Source: Dipteris shenzhenensis (lineage: Eukaryota). Taken from it: a DNA stretch of 64,000 bases. The stretch is taken from assembly GCA_047967505.1 (NCBI GenBank), contig CM106538.1; one strand, written 5' to 3'. This document shows, in pieces, positions 26,825 through 37,060 of this stretch (the stretch's first letter is position 1; each line of letters begins with the position of its first letter). The notes below the pieces were generated by a model. That model ran no database searches, had not been told where the DNA came from, and saw nothing but the letters and a program-made list of their open reading frames with translations. The position numbers and the translations under genes are program-made.

Positions 26825-27496
26825 CATAGTTATCAGAGAACGTGAATGGTAACGGAATGTCGACCCCATGGGGAACGGGAACACCCAAATCCTAGGGAAC
26901 ATGAACGGGAAGGGAACGCCACGCCATCATACCCATAAACAAACATACTATTCTATACATTAGAAAGCTTAAACTTAGAATCGAAGACTCAAAACATTGC
27001 AATTGCTTTTGGAGTAAGGACTCAAGACTCAGGACATAAAGTCAATACTGAATCTTATAGATGAATCATAATCATTGATAATAGAATCTAGATTAATCAT
27101 TATAGCTTGCCAATGGCATACAAAAGCAAATTCCATCAGAGACAAGGCACAAGCATATGAGATTATCTTGAATCTTGGAATCTTGAATCTGGATACAAGA
27201 AAATCAGAGTGAGACCTCCTACTACTGAGGCTCCTAGAGCTTAAAAACCTAGTTGCTACATGCATGATCCACTCAACACTCATTGGTTGCTGCCCTCTTC
27301 CTCCTCTTCATCATCTAGATGATTTGCATACAGGGAATGGCTTAGGGAACATTCCCTAGACGTTCCACAAGGGATGTGGAACGTTCCATAGCCGTTTCAT
27401 GGACCAGACGTTCCACAGACGTTCTCTTCAAGCTCAGTGAAGAGAACGCGGTTCCAACGTTCCATAGCTATGGAACTACATTCCCTGGCAACTATG
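26825..27496. mobile_element. Non-autonomous hAT element (672 bp)
   Basis: TIRs CATAGTTATCAGAGAA / revcomp CATAGTTGCCAGGGAA; 8-bp TSD ATTTTCAG/GTTTTCAG; removing it restores RT GAIFSLIDLKSGYHQ. Confidence 0.92.
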
Positions 27497-30400
27497 GTTT
27501 TCAGTCTCATTGATTTGAAGAGTGGGTATCATCAGGTTCGCATATGTCCAAAAGATGTGCATAAGAAGGCGTTCATAACTTCTTTTGGGTTGTATGAGTT
27601 TTTGGTCATGTCTTTCGGACTCACTAATGCTCCTGCCACCTTTAACCGCATGATGGACAGGATCTTTCGAGACCACAGAGCCTTCGTGGGTACATTCTTT
27701 AATGACATGATTCTGTTTTCGAAAGATGAGAAGGAGCATCAAGAGCATCTCGCGATTGTGTTCGTTGAGCTTAGGAAGTAGAGACTGTTTATAACCCTAA
27801 AAAAGAGTGAGTTTTTCATGGGTGAGATTCATTTTTTGGGGCATATTGTTTTCAAGGATGGGGTTCGTATGGATCCAGCTAAAGTGGAAGTAATGCGGAG
27901 TTGGCCACAACCAAAGAATTTGCACGAGGTTCGTAGTTTCTTGGGTTTGTGTTGTACTACCGTCGTTTTATCCGTCACTTTGCAAAAGCTGCAGCCCCTA
28001 TGCATGCACTTTCCAAGAAGGAAAGACCTTTCCAGTGGACACAAGTGGAGAATGACTCTTTTGAGGAGCTGAAGCGCAAGCTTACAACAGATCCGGTGCT
28101 GATTTTGCTTGACTTGAGGAAGTCTTTTCATGTGCATGCAGATGCTTGTGGTAAAAATGGTATTGGAGCTATCCTCACACAGGATGGCCATATTGTAGCT
28201 TATGAGAGTCACATTTTACAGCCAGCTGAGTTACATTTACAGATTTATGAGAAGGAGATGCTGGTTGTACTTCATGCTTTATCCACTTGGAAACATTATC
28301 TATTGGGAGCTGATTCTACAGTACAGATGGATTATCAGTCGTTGCGCTACTTTCTAATGCAATCTAAGCTGTCCGAGAAGCACATGAGGTGGGCAAACTT
28401 CTTGTCAATGTTTCATTTTCAGATTGTACATGTTGAAGGCAAGAAGAATATGGTTGCACATGCTTTGTTCAGGAAGGCACAAGTTTCAGATTGTGACAAT
28501 TGCTTATCACAATGAGTTGGATGTAATGAAGGATTACTATGCGGAAGATGAGCAATTTGCTGAAATATTTGACCAGCTTAATAATGGACAGAGGCACGAG
28601 TATTATGTGCTTAAGGATGGGTTTATGATGATGCATGGCAGGTTGTGTGTAACTAAGCAACGAAGGCAGAAGGTTATGAGTGAATGTCATGATCCACCAT
28701 ATGCAGGACATCGTGGTATTGATGCCACAGTCAAGGCAGTAAATCATTTCTTTTATTGGCCTACGTTGTGTCGCGATGTTGAGGAGTATGTTCGCACATG
28801 CATAACCTGTCAGAAGATGAAGTATGATCGTAGGAAGACTCCTGGACAGTTACGTCCTTTGCCCATACCCGATGGACCATGGGAGAGCATAGCCATGGAT
28901 TTTATTTTTGGTTTGCCGAGGACACCTACATGTAATGATGGATTATGGATGATCAGTGATCGCTTCAGGAAGCAGGCACACTTCATTCCTTTACGGAAGA
29001 AGATTGGGGCTGATCATACGACGAAGTTATCTATGCAGAATAATGCCAAAGTCCATTGTGAGTGATAGAGTCCCGCGCATGATCAGCTTGTTTTGGCGTG
29101 GACTTTTTGAGAATATGGGCACTGCTCTCCTATTTTCTTCTTCTTTTCATCCACAGACCTCATCCACAGACCGATGAGCAACTGGAGGAGGCTAATTCCA
29201 CAGTTCTAGATTTGCTGAAATGCTATGTTTCGGAGCACTAGTCACAGTGGGAGAAGTTTTTACGAAATATATGACCAGCTTAATAATGGACAGAGGCACG
29301 AGCATTATGTGCTTAAGGATGGGTTTATGATGATGCATGGCAGGCTGTGTGTAACTCAGCAGTGAAGGCAGAAGGTTATGAGTGAATGTCATGATCCACC
29401 ATATGCAGGACATCGTGGTATTGATGCCACAATCAAGGCAGTAAATTATTTCTTTTATTGGCCTACGCTGCGTCGTGATGTTGAGAAGTATGTTCGCACA
29501 TGCATAACCTGTAAGAAGGTGAAGTATGATTTTGTGCAGAATAATGCCAAAGTCCATTGTGAGTGATAGAATCCCGTGCATAATCAGCTTGTTTTGGCGT
29601 GGACTTTTTGAGAATATGGGCACTACTCTATCATTTTCTTTTTTTCATCCACAGACCGATGATCAATCGGAGGAGGCTAATTCCACAGCTCTAGATTTGC
29701 TGAAATGCTATGTTTCGGAGCACTAGTCTTAGTGGGAGAAGTTTTTACCATTGGTGGAGTATGCATACAATAACACGGTACATTCTTCCATAGATAAAGC
29801 TCCATTTCAGATAGTGGAAGGCCGACATAAGATTCCACCCATCTTGTAGACGAAAGATAAAATTTTTAAGGCTGATAACTATGTGGAGAGCTTGGACATA
29901 GCTTATCAAAGGGTGAAACAAGCATTGCAGAAGTCACAAGAGAAGTAGAAAAAGGCAGTACACAAGCACATGCATGACATTGTCATCAAGGAAGGTGATT
30001 ATGTCTTGCTGCGTTTTCAAAAAGCAAGGCTGATTAGTTCACGGGGTCGTACTCGGCTATTCCCTAAGCTGAGTATGAGGTACTATGGGCCTTTCAAGGT
30101 AATTGAGCCGATTAATGATGTAGCATTTCGCTTATAGTTGCCTGACCATTGGAGGATTCACAATGCTTTTCATGTGAGTCTTCTTAAGCCTTTTCAAGGT
30201 GATGTGTCTACGGATCTGCCTTGGGAGATGCAGCCAGAGGTGGAAGACATGGATGAGATCCTTGTATCTGAGTAGATTCTAGCACCTAGGGAAAGGAAGG
30301 TAAGAGGTAAAGTTGCACGGCGCTACTTGGTGCATTAGCTTTACCTTGAGGCTTTCCAGTTGGAGCCCACTTTGCGTGGCACTCATTCAAGTTTAGCAGA

Positions 30401-31715
30401 GCGCTAGGTGTCTGTAGCATTACCTAATGCACAAGGAGGGAGTTAGTACTTCCATTCCTTTTGTACAGACCCGCTCATGTACCTAGAGGACAATTGGTGT
30501 TGCATTTTGTTTCACCCGAGATACTGGTTGCTGACAGTATCTTCGTCGTGTGGGCCTCTATGATTGGTGTAGTAGTCACTTGGTTATGATGCATCTTATG
30601 TGCAATGTATTTTGTATTTGTTACCATGGCTCTACAAATACATATTCATTGTTGGTCGACCTGTTGGCGGCATTGGTACAACATCCTTTCATGTTTGGTT
30701 GGTCTGTTGGGTCGCTCCCATTTCAGACTTGGTTGATCTGATGGTGGCATTGTTGACTGCCTTTTGGATTTGTTTAATTGGTTATGTGCCAGAGCAGATT
30801 TCCAAGGATTGCCAGGAGAAATCGCCAACTACCAGGAGGTCCCAGGAGCTTCCTGGAGAATTCGCAATATGCCAGGAGGCTGCCAAAGAGCTGCAGAAGA
30901 AATCACAATTTGCCTAGGGGCCTATCTGGGAAATTCGCAGTTGATCAGGGGCTGTTCCAGGAGTTGCAATTTGTTTTTGGGCTGTCCAGGGCCTGTTGCA
31001 GGCGTTGCGCGATGTTGTCTGGCTGAAAAGGAGCTGTCTACAGGGATTTCGACCTATATTCTGCTTGCTTTTTGGGCTGTTGTTGCTGGTTTTGCTGTTC
31101 TCTAGGCTTGGAAGACTTCTCCTAAGCTGTTTCTAGGCCAGGCCAGAGCTGGATCTACTGTTTCTCGCTGGATTTAGGGTTTCCCAAGCCTAGTGACTGT
31201 TTCAGAGGATTCTTGGTGAAGGAAGGCTTCTCTTTCTTGCTTTTGCCGTTCCTGGACTTGTTGCTGGGTGGTTATTGCCTCACGGGGAAGGTGGATTTAT
31301 GCATTGGTTTGTTGCCAGGAAGGCTCCAAGTTGATTTCAACCTGTTTTGGCATAGCGATTTGGTTTGATTGCATCCGAATCTGGCTGTGTGGGAGCTGTC
31401 TTGCAGTTCTGCAGCCACGTCTGGTTGGTTGGGCACTTGGTTGTGCAATTGCAAGGGTGGCACAGTGAGTGGATGCTTTTGGTGTCTCTGTTGCATGCCT
31501 TGGTTGGTTGAGGACATAGGGTTGTCTAGTAATTGGATGCCATTTCACCATTTGGAGTTGTGCAGGGAATAACACGGTGGGCTGGACGGGGAGGGTTGGT
31601 TTGCTTGTGGTTCAGCTTCCCAGGACCCAGAGATCTTTGTAATCAGCCGGTTGGCTTCAAATGAATGTTTGTTAAGTGGATCCTACCACTGTTTACGTTG
31701 TTAAGGCTGGTTTCA

Positions 31716-32939
31716 AGGGGGCACGCCAGCGGCTATAGAGGCTCATATAGCCACTATGCAGTCGGCCAACAAGGAGACATCTTGCTAGTAGGCCTCAGTA
31801 AGGGCTTTCATTTCCACCCAAAAGCCCCTTGGTTGCTGCTCAGGATAGGTCGAATTTGATCCTCTAGTCTCTGTTTGCTCGATTTGGGGGTTTCTCTCAA
31901 ATCTCCTTCATGGCTGAAGCATTGCAAGTGGTTAGATGCTCAAAAGTTTCCTTGTTTATCATTTTTCACTTTTGCTTTTGGTCATCTGCCCATATAATGT
32001 CTTCTAGCATTGATTCAAGATTGATCTTTGGGTTGCTGTCCAGTTTGACTATGTATATGTTTGGATGATGAGCTTCATTGACAACAATGATGTAGCCTAT
32101 TTGATGCTTGAAGGTGACTCAGTGATGAATGAAGTTTCTATCATGATAGTTGAAGTGTATTTACATTTGGATGATTGCATTATGCCATACGTTCATGAGC
32201 TTCTATGTACAAGAGTAGACACTGTCCTTGTTTTACTAACAAGTGGTAAGACCCTCTTCATATTTGATTTATGTGAAGGCATATGGGATGCAAGAAAGAT
32301 CAAAGGGCAAAGGAGTTACAAGAAGGGCTACACCAAGAACCTCTCCAATGACAATGTACCTCACACTATGGTAGCTTGGAAGAGGAGGAAAAGGACAAGA
32401 TGTGCCATCAAAGGGGGAAATTTCCCCACATCTTTAATTTAGAATTTTTGTGTGTGTGGTAAATAAGGGTTCTCTGTTTTGGGATGTCCCCCTTAAATGA
32501 TTGTTAGTCTTATGTTTTACCTTGCTGGATCTAAGGGTATTCCCATGCATAGTCATTGTCTATCTTCCAGTTGTAAACCAAGAGTCCTAGGAGTGAGTCA
32601 TAGGTTGGGGCCATGTGTGTTGCCACATGATGGTGGGCAAGCCATGGAGCATCCCATGTACTACTGCTGAGGGATGAGGTCATCAATTTGTGGGGGGGAA
32701 TGAATGACAAATTGATGTAATGGGATCATACCAAGGGTCCTGACTCCTAAGGTCTATGGTTGTGAGTGTGTGAACACATGGTGTGTGTAGGTGTGCCTGA
32801 GTTAGGTATGACTGATGATGTGTCCGTGAGTAGGTGTGAATGAGTGAATCTAGGAGTGTGGTGTGTGATTCAGAGATTCTAGGAGACATTGGTGGTCAAC
32901 CTGATTGAGATGATTGTGGATCTAGATTCCGCCTACTCA
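31716..32939 (+). mobile_element. 3' internal region with PPT and short LTR of another LTR element
   Basis: GGGGGGGAA then TGAATGAC at 32701 ... CTACTCA at 32939; the upstream part loosely resembles 1-409. Confidence 0.4.
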
Positions 32940-35519
32940 TGGCCAGTTGCCTATACGTACTCCATTCTATGAATGAATCAATTGCTCATTGCCTTCATAC
33001 TTATGCCATTGTCTCTACCTCTTGTTTACCTCCATCATGCTTCCATGCTTGCACCAACAGACCAATCACATCATATGGTCACGGATTTCTGGATATGGAT
33101 AGGATGCACGATCTTGTCATATATAATGGTCTTAAGCTATGGCCATCCTCAGGTGGCTTCACTTGTTTTCCACATGGGGGAGGGTCTAGCGTAGTATGGG
33201 ATCCCCTATCTTCACTCGCACATCATTGACTTCTCCGTTTCACCACCCCCCCCGGGGGTAGATCACATCTACCTTTTTTTCAGCATCTCCACACCTCGTC
33301 TCACGGCACCATCCACGACATCAATCACACACACCACTTATCATGATATACACTTCGATCACGAGCTAGCACCCGCATATTCTGCACGGCTGTATACATT
33401 ACTCACGTATATTGTTCACATACCCTTGCTAGAGAGACGTTGTTGCCTTGATTAGCCGTTCACTCCATGAGGCTGCTCTTCGCGCATTTGCATACACCAC
33501 GTGCTCCACTAAACCCGTACCTCTTGGCTCTATGCCTTGCAATAGTTGGTACGATGAGGAATGTAAGGCTCTTTGCCGATAGCTCTGACTTGAGGCCAAA
33601 CATAGCCTTCCGAGTGAACTAGACACGATACGTGAGTATTGTAGTCTAGTACGCCGGAAGAAGCAAGCATTTGTTTGCCGAAATGAGGAGTTACTGAACA
33701 TTTTGTTCAGCAACAACTCCAAAGAGTTTTGGCACAAGTTCTTTGAGCGGAAATCACCTTCACCTCTCGCCTACACTCAAGTTTGGCACATGTATGTGCA
33801 CAACCTCTATGATGTTTCTCACCAGCCCGCCCTTAACCTCTCACACTCACCCTACCCCACCACTTGCACTTTGTTTACCAGAGGTCGTGTCAAGGATGCG
33901 GCATTTACCCCATGAGGCTGAAAAACTATTGGACCATTATGATTGGGAATGTCATGTCCAAGATCTATGTATTTGTACTTGACTCAGAGGTCAGCTGGTT
34001 TGCAGAGATGCAGGGACTCAGGGCAGAGGGGCAGGTAGGATTTTGGCGGCCCCATGATACCATGGATCACCTATCCCACTTAGGAGTGTCATAGAGGAGG
34101 CTAGATCACAGAAGCAGAGGGTGGACTGTTGCTTTGTGGATTTTCGTAAAGTTTTTTGACACAGTTCCACGAGCCTGTCTCATTAGGTGCTTGTAGGAGT
34201 TGGGGTATGACCAAGAGATCATTTGGGTGGCTATGGCGCTTTATGAGAGAGTCTTAGGCCGAGTTCAAATAGGTGTCGGGTGGTGGACAGAGGAGATTAT
34301 GAGTACTATTGGGGTCAAACAAGGTTGTCTGTTATCACCAACCTTGTTTGGCCTCTACATAGATGAGCACAAGATCTTCATGGGAGCACTTGGGGGGGCT
34401 GGGTGCTCCTTCGCCTGTACTCTGATTCAGGTCCTCTTGTACATCGATGATGTGGTACTGATGTCCTCTTCCCAAAGGGCCTCCAGAGACTTTTGGATGC
34501 ATTGCAGGCCTTTTGTGAGTCACATGATTTGAAGGTCAACCTTGGCAAGACCAAGATTATGGTCTTCAACACATCTTGAGCAGCCATGCATATGGAGCAA
34601 TTCACATTTGACAGATCCCCAGTTGAGATCGTCTCCTCATATACGTGGGTGTTGTCTTCTTTATCCCAATTTTCACGATGAGACCGACGATGTAGACCTG
34701 GCTGAGCAGGGGATATGCCTCACCTGCCCGACTGGAGAGACAATGCTGCTACTCACACTTTTAGGACGCTCGGACCAAGGCTCTTCTCTTTGACTCCTTG
34801 GTTCGACCATGCATCATGTATGGTAGCCCTTGTTGGGAACCTGACCTCTCAGACATAGAGTGGGCTCAAGTAGAGTGACTATAGATTCTCTTGCTCTCAC
34901 GGATGATCCGGGGGAACCATCGGTGCCACATCATATCATTCAAGCTGAGTTCGGCGCTTCTCCACTGTAGCTAGATGCGGCATTCCAGACCATTACTTAT
35001 CTACACTGTGTCAAACAGTATGGAGATTGCACATTGGGGAGACGTAGGCTGCCATGGTTGGCGTTTATGAGTCTTGCAGATGAAGGGAACGAGAGAGGCT
35101 GGTATGCACAGACACGTAGGTGGTTCGAGAGATTGGGGCTTCACATGGATAGATTACCCCCCTTCCAGTACAGCCTAGACGCCCCTTCTATCCCACTTGG
35201 GTATCACGAAGTCAACTAGGTCATTCGCGAGATCTCTTACAGCTACACACATTCAGGACTTGGTTGGAGCCCAGAGAGCTTCCAGTGAAGCTCAGCTTCT
35301 ATAGAGATCATCTTTGAGGAGGGCTTCATTGTCCTGCCAGAGTACACTCATATTTACTTACCGCACCCATCAAGATCTCCAGACTCCATTGGGCAGTTTC
35401 GAGTATCATCACACTGACTCCATATCGAGAGCGGACAAGCTTAGGGGATACCCAGGGAGTACCGCTGTCACGAGGACGTGAAATTATGGGACTTTTGATT
35501 TGCGACTCTCGTTGTAGGA

Positions 35520-36370
35520 CAGAGAAGAGATGGAGATAGGTGGAATTTGTAGGCAGAGCTTCAGGCAAAATTTGGGCAGTTTACGTGGCTGTTTGTAGGT
35601 GGACTTTTCTTGTGTGAAGAGGCGACTCTTTGGAGCAGAATGGTGGGCATAGGAGCATCTCAAAATGGTGGGCTATTCCAGCAGAAATGGTGCGGGCAGT
35701 ACAGGCAGATGCAACGTCTGGTACGGGCATGTACGGCGGATCAGCAGGCTGGTATGTGGCGCACCAATCTGTATGGATGTACGGCTGATTTGCAGCTGCT
35801 AAAGGCATAGGTCCGGGCTGAAGGGGCTGAGAAAGAGAGCAACGATAAAGAGGATGGAAGAAGATAAGGGTGAAGAGGATAGGCAGATTTGCGGGCAAAG
35901 AAAGAGGGCAACGATGAAGAGGATGGACAACTCCACGTTGAGGCTCAAGCAAGGAGAGGAGTGGGCAGCCTTCCAAGGAGGAGGAGGGAGAGTAGCTTCA
36001 TTGGCCTCCCTCACCTCAACCTCTTGGAAAGGCAAGGAGAGACAAGGCTAGGAGCTAGGCTCTGATACCACATGAAGGGACATGTGGAAGGAGTGGAATG
36101 CCAAGCTAGCTAACTAGGAACGCGGAATGGAAAGAATAATGAAAGACAAAATGAAATAAAAAGAAAGTACAAGTGCAAGAGATAACCAAAGTACTCACAA
36201 TGTATTGATAACTTGATGTTGACAACTATGAAAAGACTCAAGACTAGTACAAGACTATAAAGTGTGAGCCTCTAGACTCTAGAAAGTCACAATGCATATG
36301 GGATAATCTCCCATATGACACGTGGCACTGTCTAGGACTCATTAGACTATAAAATAAGTCCTAGGGACCC
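35520..36370 (-). mobile_element. LTR retrotransposon 5' fragment (LTR end, PBS, leader)
   Basis: Minus strand ...CTTCA tg TGGTATCAGAGCC at ~36058-36075. Confidence 0.65.
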
Positions 36371-37060
36371 TGAAGAACTCCGCCTGAATCAACAAGCTGT
36401 GAGACGCTCTCCCTACTATGTTTGGGGCCAAGCGTAGAGAAGAATGGCTTGTTGACCCTCCTCCTGTTTGAGTCCAAAATGACTCACTAGCATGAAAGGC
36501 ATACTTTGCTGTCTGATCTAAAAGTGACTGTTGCAACAAGGCGCTCTTGAATCCAAGCATCTGTAGGTCTCTTCTGCTCTTCCCTTTGGAGGGCAGCCAA
36601 CTGCTGGCAGATACCTATCTCACGCCTGAGGACTCACAACTCCTGATACGAGCAACTGAAAGATAAAAGTCACTAATATCAAAGAGGGCTGCGGCTAAGT
36701 TTGAAGGAGAAAGCTTCCCATCCTGCAAATGAGATACCTAGGTCTTCAACATTGTCTCTGTAAGGCCCTCCTCTGCATAAAAGAAATTTGGAATCCTAAC
36801 ACTGGCAGAGTGGCCCCTCACATGAGGATTTGAGACCATCAGAACCACTGGAAAATGATCCGAAGTGGACACCCCAGCTGCAATGCAAACAGTACCACCT
36901 TTGTCAAGAGCCCAATCATCCACATAAAATCTGTCAATCCGCGCATGTATAGGCATTTGTAGTCTCCTGTTCGTCCAAGAAAATAGGAGAGAATGTGGTT
37001 GAGTGTGAAAACCATCATTGTGCCGAGCATCTCTGCCACTGTATTGAAAAAGGAAGGCAT
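36370..37060 (-). mobile_element. L1 ORF2 fragment (AP endonuclease C-terminus)
   Basis: HARIDRFYV...STSDHFPVVL. Confidence 0.8.

Larger units (their letters stand above)
17560..31715 (+). mobile_element. Ty3/gypsy element B (chromovirus-like), degenerate, host to three nested insertions
   Basis: gag (EKYCCGLP; CFKCKEPGHVSRDC), protease, RT ([23 protein letters not shown]), RNase H, integrase and chromodomain remnant; reading frames rejoin across the insertions; 3' LTR ends GGCTGGTTTCA at 31715; homologous to 50433-57616. Confidence 0.88.
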
